Assembly: GCA_965228895.1 (NCBI GenBank) | Contig: OZ245842.1 | Coordinates: forward strand, 3,744,001 to 3,808,000 | Length of the DNA stretch: 64,000 bases | DNA from: Alphaproteobacteria bacterium | GTDB lineage: Bacteria > Pseudomonadota > Alphaproteobacteria > SP197 | Direction: 5' to 3' | In this document: positions 19,249 to 28,620 of the stretch, one piece after another | How positions within the stretch are numbered: position 1 is the stretch's first letter | How the letters are laid out: each line of letters begins with the position of its first letter | Made by a program: the position numbers and the translations under genes | Notes under the pieces: model-generated | What the model saw: the letters and a program-made list of their open reading frames with translations, nothing else | Database searches by the model: none | Told to the model about the DNA's origin: nothing

Positions 19249-19887
19249 ATGAGCTCCAATGACCTACCCATCCTCTACGCTAACGACAGCTGCCCCTATG
19301 TGTTCCGGGCCCGCCTGGCCCTGGCCTATGCCGGCATCGACGTCGAGCACAGGGAAGTCGACTTGGACAACAAACCGCCATCCATGCTGCAGGTGTCGCC
19401 GAAGGGAACCGTACCCGTCCTCATCCTGTCTGACGGAACGGTCATCGACGAGAGTTGGGAGATCATCCATTGGGCGATGCGGCAACACGATCCCGAAAAC
19501 TGGTGCGGCGACAACGATGCCGCGCTCGACCTGGCCGACGCGCTCGTGCGGAGGAACGACGGCGAGTTCGGCGAACCCTCCATGTACTACAAGTTCTCCA
19601 GCGACTACCCCGACCGGGATTGGCTGCAGGATAGAGACGCCTGTGAACCGTTCCTGGATGGCTTGGAGACCCGGCTTGCGACGCAGTCGTTTATGCACGG
19701 CGCGGCACCGTCAGTCGCCGACATCCCCGTCTACCCCGCCGTTGCTGGTTTCGCCAAGATCGAACCCGCGTGGTTCGCCGGACGGTTCCCGAACCTCGAT
19801 GCATGGTTGGAACGCATGGCTGCCTCGCCGCATGTTCAGCGGGTCGACTTCGATCATGAGCCCTGGCGGTTCGAACAAACCGGCTAG
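19249..19887 (+). CDS. Glutathione S-transferase family protein
   Basis: SCPYVFRARLAL, SPKGTVPVL, VIDESWEI, PSVADIPVYP. Confidence 0.9.
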   Translation: MSSNDLPILYANDSCPYVFRARLALAYAGIDVEHREVDLDNKPPSMLQVSPKGTVPVLILSDGTVIDESWEIIHWAMRQHDPENWCGDNDAALDLADALVRRNDGEFGEPSMYYKFSSDYPDRDWLQDRDACEPFLDGLETRLATQSFMHGAAPSVADIPVYPAVAGFAKIEPAWFAGRFPNLDAWLERMAASPHVQRVDFDHEPWRFEQTG

Positions 19888-19940
19888 CGGTTGTGACCGC
19901 AAATCGAGGAGACTGTCGGCGACAAAAGGAATCAGCCGCC

Positions 19941-20837
19941 ATGACTCAATCCCTGTTCGCCGCACCCTCGACGATGTTTTCGCTGCCGTTCAGTCAGGAC
20001 TTCCGGAGAACACGCGCCGCCGTGCTCGGCATCCCGTTCGACTGCGGCCTCTCGTCCACCCGCTTCGGTTCCCGCCTGGGTCCCAACGCCATCCGTCACG
20101 CGTCCGTCCTGACCGGCGAGCTCGCGCAGGATGCCGATAGCGATCCGCTCGACCGCGTTGTCGACGCCGGCAATGTGGTGATCGCGGCCGGCGACATTCA
20201 CGCGGCATTCGAGGCGATCGAACGGGCGATGGATGCGGTTCTTGAAGCCGGCTGCGTTCCCCTCACCCTGGGCGGTGACGGTTCGGTCAGCCTGCCCCAG
20301 ATGCGCGCCATCCATCGGGCCCACGGACCCGTAGCGGTCCTGCATTTCGACGCGCATACGGATACCGCGAAGTTGGCATCGAACGACCATTACGACAACG
20401 CGACCCAGTTCACCCACGCGGCCAACGAAGGCTTGATCGACGGCGCGCATGCCCTTCACATCGGCACCCGCGCCCCGGTCAACGCCGCCGAGGACATCGC
20501 GTACACGCGCTCTCTCGGCTACGAGGTCATCCCCTATGACACCGTCAGAGACTGGGGCGAAGCCAAACTGATCGCCCACATGCACGAACGCATGCGCGGC
20601 AAGAAGGTCTATCTGTGTTTCGACATGGATTTCTTCGATCCGTCGGTGGCGCCGGGTGTCCAGACGCCGACGCCCGGTGGCGCGCTTGCCGCCGAAGGCC
20701 TGACGCTGATCCGTGGCTTGAAGGGGCTCGACATCGTCGCACTGGATATCAACACCGTAACGCCCCTGCATGATCCGGCCGGCGTCACCGCGACGCTCGC
20801 CGCGTCGGTCGCCGCCGACATGCTGGCGCTGCTCTAG
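19941..20837 (+). CDS. Ureohydrolase (arginase/agmatinase) family protein with atypical active-site residues
   Basis: GIPFD, GSRLGPNAIR, GGDGS, HFDAHTD, CFDMDFFDPSVAPGVQTPTPGG. Confidence 0.88.
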   Translation: MTQSLFAAPSTMFSLPFSQDFRRTRAAVLGIPFDCGLSSTRFGSRLGPNAIRHASVLTGELAQDADSDPLDRVVDAGNVVIAAGDIHAAFEAIERAMDAVLEAGCVPLTLGGDGSVSLPQMRAIHRAHGPVAVLHFDAHTDTAKLASNDHYDNATQFTHAANEGLIDGAHALHIGTRAPVNAAEDIAYTRSLGYEVIPYDTVRDWGEAKLIAHMHERMRGKKVYLCFDMDFFDPSVAPGVQTPTPGGALAAEGLTLIRGLKGLDIVALDINTVTPLHDPAGVTATLAASVAADMLALL

Positions 20838-20909
20838 ACGGGCCTTGGATTAGGCTGGGCAAAGATTGTCTTCGAACAACGCACACGAATTGGCAAAAGG
20901 AAGGATGTC

Positions 20910-21254
20910 ATGAAACGCATTCCAGGAGGGGCTCAGGGTCGCTGTGCGGCCGTCGTCTCGGACGGGCTTGTCTATGCCGTCGCGACCGATCCGCACTGTG
21001 CCGACGGCATTGCGGCGCAAACCCGAAACACCCTTGAAAAGCTCGACGAGGTGCTCGCCGAAGCAGGCAGCGGCAAGACGGCGCTGGTCCAGGCAACCGT
21101 CTATCTCAATGACATCTCGGAAAAGCCGGCGATGGACGAGGTCTGGTGCGAATGGATCGGCCCTGAAGACAATTGGCCACAGCGCGCCTGTATCGGTGTC
21201 GACCTGGAGGCCGGTTGGCTAATCGAGGTCGTCGTCACGGCGAAACTGCTCTGA
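20910..21254 (+). CDS. RidA/YjgF family protein (YoaB-like)
   Basis: IAAQTRNTLEKLDEVLAEAG, MDEVWCEW..PQRACIG..IEVVVTA. Confidence 0.88.
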   Translation: MKRIPGGAQGRCAAVVSDGLVYAVATDPHCADGIAAQTRNTLEKLDEVLAEAGSGKTALVQATVYLNDISEKPAMDEVWCEWIGPEDNWPQRACIGVDLEAGWLIEVVVTAKLL

Positions 21255-21324
21255 CACCCCCTTGACCAGCATGGATTCCCCCTTCGATGGCCGATAACCT
21301 AGGCCACCCTAAGGGAGAGACCAT

Positions 21325-23046
21325 TTGGAACGCAGGCTTGCCGCCATTCTCGCCGCCGATGTGGTCGGCTATTCGCGGCTCATGGGCGAGGACGAGGCCG
21401 GCACGCTGGCGTGTCTGAAGGCGTGTGAGACCGGCGTGATCGAGCCGGCGGTCGCGGGTCACGGCGGACGCATCGTCAAGCGCATGGGCGACGGTTATCT
21501 GGTCGAGTTCGCCAGTGTCGTCGCCGCGGTCGAGTGCGCGATGGCCTGGCAGAAGGACGCATCGCCTCCCCTCGCCTTTCGCATCGGCATTCACGTCGGC
21601 GACGTGATGGTGCAGGACGGCGACATCTTTGGCGACGGCGTCAATGTCGCGGCACGGCTCGAGGCGCTCGCGACGCCCGGCGGCCTGTGCCTGTCTGAAG
21701 ATGCCCAGCGTCAGGTGCGCGGCAAGATCGACATGCCGATCGAGGACATGGGGCCGCAGCAGCTCAAGAATATCGCCGAGCCGATGCGCGTGTTCCACGC
21801 CGTCATTGATGGCGCGGCAGGCGATGACGGCGCGCCGATTGCGGAGGCCGAGATGGATAACGCCGCCGGAGCGTTGCGCATGCCGCGGATCCTGCTCGCC
21901 CCCTTCCGCCATCTGGGCAGCAGCACCGATGCCGAGGCCCTGGCATCGGGCCTGACGGAAACCCTGGCGGCCGCCCTCGCGCACTTCGAGGAGTTCGAGC
22001 TGATCGACCCGGGCAGCGCGGTCCGGGCGATCGCGGACAAGGGCGCGCTTGCCGCCGGCAGCGAGCTCGGCGCGGCCTGTATCCTGGAAGGCACCGTGCA
22101 GCTTGCCCTTGGCAAGGCGCGCATCGGCGTGCAGCTGATCGACGCGGCGACGGGCGAGCGGGTGTGGTCGGAGACGCTTGACCGCAGCCTCGACGACGTC
22201 TTTGCGCTACAGGACGAGATGACAGCCTTCGTCGCCTCGACCATGGGCGAGGCGGTGAGCGAGGAGCAGGCCAGCGCCATATCCCACAAGGCGGACGGCG
22301 ACCTCGACGCCTATGAGATCATGGTGCGCGGCATGCAGCATCTGCACAGGGTCAACGACGACGATAATCGCCTGGCGCGCGGCTACTTCGAACGCCTCAT
22401 GGCACTCGATCCCGACCACTACTTTCCGGCCGTCTGCCTCGCCTGGACCTATGCCATCGAACTGCTCAGCGCCTGGCCGCCCACCAGGCCCGATGCGCTC
22501 GATTACGCGATGGACCTGGTGCGCGACAGGCTGCGGCGCCACGACCGCTCGGCGCACCTGCATCGCATCATGGGCCGTCTCTATCTGATCGCCGGCGACC
22601 ATGATCAGGGCCTGGCCCATTCAGAGCGCGCCTATCGGCTGAACCCCTATCACAGCGACATGGTGACCAGCTACGGCGGTGCGCTGCTGTGGGCCGGGCG
22701 CACGGACGAAGGCGTAGAGAAACTGGAGCGCGGCCTCGCGATCAACCCTTATGCGCCCGTCTATTACAAGGCCTATCTCGCGCTCGCCTACTATCTGGTC
22801 GGCCGTCACGAGGACGGCCTGGAGATCCTGAGCAGCGTCGACGGACCGGTGCTCAATTCGCGCGGGTACCGCATCGCCAATCTGGTCGCGCTCGACCGAC
22901 TCGACGAAGCCCGCGCCGAAGCAAAAGTCATGATGCAGGAGACTCCGGCGTTCGAAGTCGACCGTTTGCTCGCCAGCCTGCCCTTCCAGCGACCGGAGGA
23001 CCGGCAACACCTGGGCAGTGCGCTGCGCCAGGCCGGGTTGACGTAG
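21325..23046 (+). CDS. Class III adenylate/guanylate cyclase with TolB-like and TPR domains
   Basis: ERRLAAILAADVVGYSRLM, IVKRMGDG, GDIFGDGVNVAARLE; helical repeats ending LNPY/INPY; TTG start. Confidence 0.9.
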   Translation: MERRLAAILAADVVGYSRLMGEDEAGTLACLKACETGVIEPAVAGHGGRIVKRMGDGYLVEFASVVAAVECAMAWQKDASPPLAFRIGIHVGDVMVQDGDIFGDGVNVAARLEALATPGGLCLSEDAQRQVRGKIDMPIEDMGPQQLKNIAEPMRVFHAVIDGAAGDDGAPIAEAEMDNAAGALRMPRILLAPFRHLGSSTDAEALASGLTETLAAALAHFEEFELIDPGSAVRAIADKGALAAGSELGAACILEGTVQLALGKARIGVQLIDAATGERVWSETLDRSLDDVFALQDEMTAFVASTMGEAVSEEQASAISHKADGDLDAYEIMVRGMQHLHRVNDDDNRLARGYFERLMALDPDHYFPAVCLAWTYAIELLSAWPPTRPDALDYAMDLVRDRLRRHDRSAHLHRIMGRLYLIAGDHDQGLAHSERAYRLNPYHSDMVTSYGGALLWAGRTDEGVEKLERGLAINPYAPVYYKAYLALAYYLVGRHEDGLEILSSVDGPVLNSRGYRIANLVALDRLDEARAEAKVMMQETPAFEVDRLLASLPFQRPEDRQHLGSALRQAGLT

Positions 23047-23077
23047 GTGGTTGCAACCGCCTTGGGCGAAGGGGGCC

Positions 23078-23917
23078 TCAGACCTCGTAGCGGTCGAAGA
23101 CCCGCTTGGCTCGGTTGAGCTGGCGCGCCACGTCCTCGGGGTGGTGAAGGATCGCCGAGGCGGTGCACTTCAGCACTAGAAGCGCGACATACGCGCGCAA
23201 TACCCGTGGCTCGAAGCCGGCGGAATCGACGAGGCCCCAGGTCGGCTGGTTATGACCGTCGAGGTCGAAGGCGAATGCGACGAGGTCGTACCGATGATCA
23301 CCGGCGCACGCCTCCTCCCAGTCGATGATGCCGGAGAGTGTGCCGCCATCGATCAGGATGTTGTCGGTGTGTGGGTCGTGGTGCACAAGCCCGTCGTTGG
23401 GGAACCAGCTGGGGTCGGCATCGGCGCCAACGGCTTCCACGCGGTCGCTTATCGCTGCGGTGCGCCGTCCCCCGGTGCGCAGCGCCTCATGCATCGCCCA
23501 CCCGTCCTGGCCGATCGTCAACGTTCGGACGACAAACGCGCCCCATGTGCGCTGGTCGACGGCCGGTTGCGGCCCTTTGATGCCGGCCTTGGCGGCAATG
23601 CATTCGACCATCGATTCAATGACCGCCGGCGACGGATTGTCCTGCGGCCGGCCGGGCAAGAACCGCTGCGCGGAGAGCGTCCCGCCGTCGAAGATGCTCA
23701 CATGGAGGTACTCGGGAACCGGTACGCCGCGCGCTCGCAGGTCATCAAGCCCGGGAAGCAGTGCCGCATACCGCTCGGCCATCGTCTCGTCGGGAAACCA
23801 CTTGAGGACGACGGGCAGACCGTTCGCCGCGGTCGCGAACCACGCACCCTGAGACCTGCCTCCGGGAGCGCGAGCGCCGAGTTCGAAACCCAGCTCACGC
23901 AACTGTGCGCGGTTCAT
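23078..23917 (-). CDS. Aminoglycoside phosphotransferase/choline kinase-like kinase
   Basis: VVLKW, GVPVP, LVHHDPHTDNIL (HxDxxxxN), GIIDWEEA..GDHRYDL. Confidence 0.82.
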   Translation of the reverse strand: MNRAQLRELGFELGARAPGGRSQGAWFATAANGLPVVLKWFPDETMAERYAALLPGLDDLRARGVPVPEYLHVSIFDGGTLSAQRFLPGRPQDNPSPAVIESMVECIAAKAGIKGPQPAVDQRTWGAFVVRTLTIGQDGWAMHEALRTGGRRTAAISDRVEAVGADADPSWFPNDGLVHHDPHTDNILIDGGTLSGIIDWEEACAGDHRYDLVAFAFDLDGHNQPTWGLVDSAGFEPRVLRAYVALLVLKCTASAILHHPEDVARQLNRAKRVFDRYEV

Positions 23918-24162
23918 CGTACCGGTCGATTGAGACCCGGCCAGACCCTCAATGTCCTATCTCGTATGGTCACGATCTGCAGATTGCCGGTGCCGCCGCT
24001 TGGTGTAAACGGGCCTTGTCGGTTTTGAATGACCACTGAAGGCCTCTGAGCGATCGCCGTATTGATGTTTGCGCAAGTGGTGGTCCAAGCTCTGAAGGCT
24101 GCGAGGAACGAGCATCGGCGACAGGCTCTTCAATGACCATGTCGAGCCCGGCGCACTACCCC

Positions 24163-24267
24163 GTCGCCGCACAAGAACTGAACCCGCAGAAGTCCCGGAT
24201 TCTGCTCCAACTCGCCCTGACGACAAACGACGTTGAGACAAATTAATGGATGTTCAACGAGTATTGA
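24163..24267 (+). pseudogene. C-terminal relic of a type II L-asparaginase/glutaminase-asparaginase
   Basis: Manual translation VAAQELNPQKSRILLQLALTTNDVETN*WMFNEY* resembles the AnsB-type C-terminus (LNPQKARVLLQLALTQTKDPQQIQQIFNQY, recalled); in-frame TAA, no upstream ORF. Confidence 0.75.
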
Positions 24268-24421
24268 CGTGCTCCAAGTTCCCCAATCGAGGAGGCCGCG
24301 ACGGCACGCCTGAGAGCGACACATTGCTATCGATCGACCCGAGGTCGATGGAATGTTTCCCATGCGCGGACGTCCGCCTATGACCGCCGTTGTCTTCTGG
24401 CTATGCGCCCTCGGCACCGCC

Positions 24422-25696
24422 TCAACCGGCAGCGCGATAGGCGAGGTACTTGCGTTGCGTCGAAATATGGTCCGCCAGGTGTTTGGCGTCGTGCCAGACA
24501 CCCCAGATGAACGAGGATCCTCGCCGCGACAGCCACGGCAATCCCAGGAAATAGATCCCGGGCTCCGACGAAACACCGCGTTGATGCTGCGGTCGGCCTT
24601 TGTCGTCGAAGGCGTCCACGTTCAACCAGCTGAAATCGACGGCAAAGCCTGTCGCCCAGATGATCGTGCCGATGCCGGCATCTTCCAGGTTCAATTCGAG
24701 AATGGGATCGCTGACGCAGGCCGGGTCCGGATCGATCGTCCGGGCATCGGGCTCCTCGGGAAGGTCAAGACCGTTGCGGGCGATGTAAGCGTCGGCTTGG
24801 TCCAGGAGCGACAGGTAGTTGGCATCGCCTTGCGCAAGGTTGTCCGCAAGATCCGGGGCGAAGGTCAGCACGCCGTCCTCGAACGACTGTGTCACGCCCA
24901 GCAACGTCATGCCCTCTGCGGCAAGACGCCGGAAGTCGACCGTCTGGCCGCCGTGGGCGCCGCTCACCGAGATCGTCACATGCTCCGTGGCCGGATCGGT
25001 GACTTCGGCGTCCCACTTGCCGAGCACGCCCAACCACCAAACGAAGTCGCGTCCGCGATAGCTTCGTGGCGGACGGTCGTGTTTGCCGACCGACAGGTAC
25101 ACGCGCTTACCCGCACGCGAGAGTTCGTCGGCGATCTGCACGCCCGACGATCCCGCGCCGATTACCATAACGGCGCCCTCAGGCAACTGATCGGGATTGC
25201 GGTAGGCGTTGGAGTGGATCTGCAGGACGCCGGCATCGTCGGGAACAATGGCCGGAATGACAGGACGCTGGAACGGTCCGGTGGCGGCGACCACGTAGCT
25301 GGCTTCGATCGCGCCATCCGACGTTTCGACACGGAAGCCGGGCCCGCCGGCATTGCGCCGCACGTCCTTAACCTCAACGCCGCAGCGGATCGGGGCGTCG
25401 ATCATCTCTGCGTACGCCACAAAGTAGTCGGCAACCTCCTCCTTAGGGGCAAAGGCATCGGGTCCGGATTCGGAGAAGACCATGCCCGGAAACCGGTCAT
25501 GCCAGGCCGGACCATTGGCGACCAGGGAGTCCCATCGTTCCGAACGCCAGCGCTCGGCAATGCGATGGCGCTCCAGAACGAGATGCGGCACGCCGCACGC
25601 GCTCAGATGCTCGCTCATGGCCAGGCCCGCCTGGCCGCCGCCGACAACAAGTGCTTCTACGCTTTCAACGGCCATTTCCGAATCCTTTGCTGGCAT
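24422..25696 (-). CDS. Flavin-containing monooxygenase-like (CzcO-type) NAD(P)/FAD oxidoreductase
   Basis: VVGGGQAGLA, WRSERWDSL, IHSNAYRNPDQLP, GAGSSGVQIADEL, IIWATGF. Confidence 0.9.
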   Translation of the reverse strand: MPAKDSEMAVESVEALVVGGGQAGLAMSEHLSACGVPHLVLERHRIAERWRSERWDSLVANGPAWHDRFPGMVFSESGPDAFAPKEEVADYFVAYAEMIDAPIRCGVEVKDVRRNAGGPGFRVETSDGAIEASYVVAATGPFQRPVIPAIVPDDAGVLQIHSNAYRNPDQLPEGAVMVIGAGSSGVQIADELSRAGKRVYLSVGKHDRPPRSYRGRDFVWWLGVLGKWDAEVTDPATEHVTISVSGAHGGQTVDFRRLAAEGMTLLGVTQSFEDGVLTFAPDLADNLAQGDANYLSLLDQADAYIARNGLDLPEEPDARTIDPDPACVSDPILELNLEDAGIGTIIWATGFAVDFSWLNVDAFDDKGRPQHQRGVSSEPGIYFLGLPWLSRRGSSFIWGVWHDAKHLADHISTQRKYLAYRAAG

Positions 25697-25851
25697 GACG
25701 GGTGTCTCACCCGTTCAAGCGCAGCCTATGGAATTTACTGGATCAGAAAAATATTTCTTATTGATGATTTGAATCGGTTTTTCCTAATACAAAAAATGGA
25801 CCTCGAAGTGCTGATGCGCGACAGCTTGCGGCGCGATGACCGCCGCATGGC

Positions 25852-27255
25852 TTACGTGACGAAGTCTCGGATGCTCTGAACGAACTTCGGGAAATCCGGC
25901 TCGTTCTCAAAGATCATGTGGTTCTTGCTATGTAGCATGACGAACTGGGCGTCCGGGATGCGCGACGCCAGGAACTTGCCCTCCGACAGCGGCGCCACCG
26001 AATCTTCATGGCAGTGCAGGATCAGCGTCGGGACACGCACCTGGTCCAGAAGCTCGGAGATGTCGAGCGCGTCGAACATCGCGCGAAAGCCCGCCATGTT
26101 TTCACCGGGCCCACAGGTCCTCTGAAACTCATTGAACCACGCGGCCTCTTCACCGCTGGCGTCCGGCATGAAGAGCGATGTCATGTATTGCCGAAACGCC
26201 GGGTTGTCGGCGCCCCACCGCTGCCTGATCAACGTCACCAGGGCCTCGCTTTCGGCGTCGGCGCCGGGCTCGCCGCGATGGCGCCGGCCCCGGGCATAGC
26301 CGCCATGCAGGACAAGATGCGAGACACGGTCGGGGTGGCGCACCGCATACGCGATCGAGACCGAGGCCGCCTGCGAGGTCGCGAATATCGCGACCTTCTC
26401 ATAGTCGAAACGATCGACCACACGTTCGAGGTCGTCGACCATCTTGTCGAACGACATCTCGACATTGTCCCAGTCGGACATGCCGTTACCGCGTTGATCG
26501 AAACGTAAGAGGTGAAAGCTCTTTGAAAGATTGGTCAGAAAGTACCGCATGATCGGACTTTCCCAATCCTTCTCCAGGTGCGTCATCCAACCGCCCATGA
26601 GGACCATAGGATAACCCTCACCGACATCCGCATAGGCAATGCTGACGCCATCGCTCGATTGCAGATAACGAACGGTGCTCTGGTCGGACAGGCCGTAACT
26701 GTCCGATTTGGCTGGCCTATCGCCGTCGACATCGGCGACCAGGTAAGCGTGGACCGACTTCGAGAGGTTCTTCAGCCGCTGCGGACCGAGGTCTTCGAAC
26801 CGAATGTCCGCCTCCTGGCCAAGAGCATCCTTAACGACCTCCGATACACAGATGCGTCCCGGCGGCGCGATGGCTTCCAGGCGCGCGGCGACGTTGACGC
26901 CGGCGCCCAACAGATCGCCGTCCTGTTGGACGACGTCGCCGAGGTTAACCCCGAGGCGGAAGACAACGCGCCGGTCCTCAGGCACCAGTCGGTTGCGTTC
27001 GGCCATGCCGCGCTGGACCTCAACGGCGCAGCGCAGGGCGTCTGAAACACTCGGGAACTCGATCAGGAGGGAATCGCCGGCGGTGTTGGCGATGCGCCCG
27101 CGATACGCGGCGATCTTGGGATCGATAAACTCGCTGCGATGCGCGCGCAACGATGCGAGCGTGCCGGCCTCGTCGGCCGCGGTCAACCGGCTGTAACCGG
27201 CAACATCGGCCGCGACGATCGTCGTCAGTTTCCGACTGTGCTCTTCGCCCACCAT
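25852..27255 (-). CDS. Class III nucleotidyl cyclase fused to C-terminal alpha/beta hydrolase
   Basis: AADVAGYSRL, NTAGDS, GDLLGAGVNVAARLE; then FDQRGNGMSD, ATSQAA, HEDSVAP, KNH. Confidence 0.9.
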   Translation of the reverse strand: MVGEEHSRKLTTIVAADVAGYSRLTAADEAGTLASLRAHRSEFIDPKIAAYRGRIANTAGDSLLIEFPSVSDALRCAVEVQRGMAERNRLVPEDRRVVFRLGVNLGDVVQQDGDLLGAGVNVAARLEAIAPPGRICVSEVVKDALGQEADIRFEDLGPQRLKNLSKSVHAYLVADVDGDRPAKSDSYGLSDQSTVRYLQSSDGVSIAYADVGEGYPMVLMGGWMTHLEKDWESPIMRYFLTNLSKSFHLLRFDQRGNGMSDWDNVEMSFDKMVDDLERVVDRFDYEKVAIFATSQAASVSIAYAVRHPDRVSHLVLHGGYARGRRHRGEPGADAESEALVTLIRQRWGADNPAFRQYMTSLFMPDASGEEAAWFNEFQRTCGPGENMAGFRAMFDALDISELLDQVRVPTLILHCHEDSVAPLSEGKFLASRIPDAQFVMLHSKNHMIFENEPDFPKFVQSIRDFVT

Positions 27256-27471
27256 AAACGCCCCTGACCTCTCACCAGGGGAGCCTAGCAGCCGCGCAAC
27301 TGGGGCACCACTTGCCTCCTGAATGCCGAAGCGATCTGAGCGGCAACGATACTGAGGAAGTCGACCATACGGTCGGCATAGCGATTTTGTGCGCCAAGGC
27401 CCAGCATTTCTGCGGGAGCTTAGGTCACGGAAAGGAACAGCTCTTGTGCATTTGGTGGATGACGACTTTTG

Positions 27472-28179
27472 TCAGTTCGTAGAGTAGACGATCTCTACCC
27501 GTCTGTTCGCCTGCCTTGCGTCGGGTAAGTCACGACCTTCGGCATCCTGTTCTGCCAATAGGGGTTCATCCGCACCCACACCGGCGACCTGGAAGTCGAC
27601 ATCAGCGAGGCCACCTTCATTGACCAACCAATCTCTGACAGCCGTAGCACGGCGCAGAGATAGGTTCTTGTTGTAGTCGGGTGTACCAATTCCATCCGTG
27701 TGTCCGACGATCGTAACCGTCGTCGCACCTGCTTCCTTGATCATCAAAGCGGTTTCCATGAGATACGCCATGGCTGCTCCGCTAATCTCCGCAGAGTCGA
27801 ACGCAAACAGCATCTCCGACGACATGCTGATCATCGTGGAACCGTCAAGACGCATGATGATGCTGCTGCCCGGGACAATGTAGGCATTGCCGATGCGGTC
27901 GTAGCACTGGGTGCTCTCGACCATGACGGGGGTATGGTCGTCCATATCGGTGTAATCAAACACCCGGTGGCAATCGAAACCGGATGCCATCGAACCGTTG
28001 GTGTAACCGCGCCAGTTGGTATGTCCGTACTCGCTACCCAGCCCATAGCCGTAGGAATCGCTGTTGCCGTAGGTGGACCAGGATATGACCTTGGTTTCGT
28101 CCGATGACGCGACCGCTGGCAAGAGAAGCAGCGAAACAAGCCCTGCCGCAAAAGACATGGAAAGACGTTTCATCATCAT
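27472..28179 (-). CDS. Exported OmpA-family (peptidoglycan-binding) protein
   Basis: Signal peptide MKRLSMSFAAGLVSLLLLPAVA; LFAFDSA, IVGHTDGIG..YNKNLSLRRATAV, NRRVEI. Confidence 0.88.
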   Translation of the reverse strand: MMMKRLSMSFAAGLVSLLLLPAVASSDETKVISWSTYGNSDSYGYGLGSEYGHTNWRGYTNGSMASGFDCHRVFDYTDMDDHTPVMVESTQCYDRIGNAYIVPGSSIIMRLDGSTMISMSSEMLFAFDSAEISGAAMAYLMETALMIKEAGATTVTIVGHTDGIGTPDYNKNLSLRRATAVRDWLVNEGGLADVDFQVAGVGADEPLLAEQDAEGRDLPDARQANRRVEIVYSTN

Positions 28180-28473
28180 GGCATCCTCATGAACGCGAGC
28201 CCGAAGACCGTGACGAGCTATGACGCCCGTATCGGCAGGCACGTTGCAGGTCGACCACCGGCCGGACCAGAGACCGAACATCACACCGTCCGCGCCGACG
28301 CCGATCACACACGCCTGTTGGAAATTTTCAATGAGGCACAGGCCAAAGTCCAGGCGTAGCTTGCCGGAGATGGCCATCTCATAGGAGGTAGGGCCTCTCG
28401 ATAGGGCTAACATTTCGCCGCCTGCGGCAACTCAGAGCGATGATCCTGCCGCACGGAGTTGGTCCACCGTTCG

Positions 28474-28591
28474 CCAGCACTTCGCTTTGGGCGTCCACCC
28501 CGGGCTCGCCAGGATGGCGTCGGTCCTCGGGAACAGGCCGATTACGTTCCGCCATGCCGCGCTGAACATCGACGGCACAGCGCAGCGCTTC
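28474..28591 (-). pseudogene. Internally deleted relic of a cyclase-alpha/beta-hydrolase paralog
   Basis: Translates EALRCAVDVQRGMAERNRPVPEDRR-HPGEPGVDAQSEVL, joining two segments of 25852..27255 (ALRCAVEVQRGMAERNRLVPEDRR and RRHRGEPGADAESEAL). Confidence 0.85.
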
Positions 28592-28620
28592 CGGACCGGG
28601 TTTCTCTCCGTCACTGCCGG

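Noticed and set aside
23078-23917. Aminoglycoside resistance gene
   Set aside because: Only the generic APH/choline-kinase fold motifs are visible; no specific resistance family can be supported.
24353-25879. 508-aa plus-strand ORF
   Set aside because: Antisense shadow of the well-supported flavoprotein gene; no motifs; expected in high-GC DNA. The same applies to 1929..2972, 4724..5788, 14907..16145, 28459..29667 and 52614..53759.
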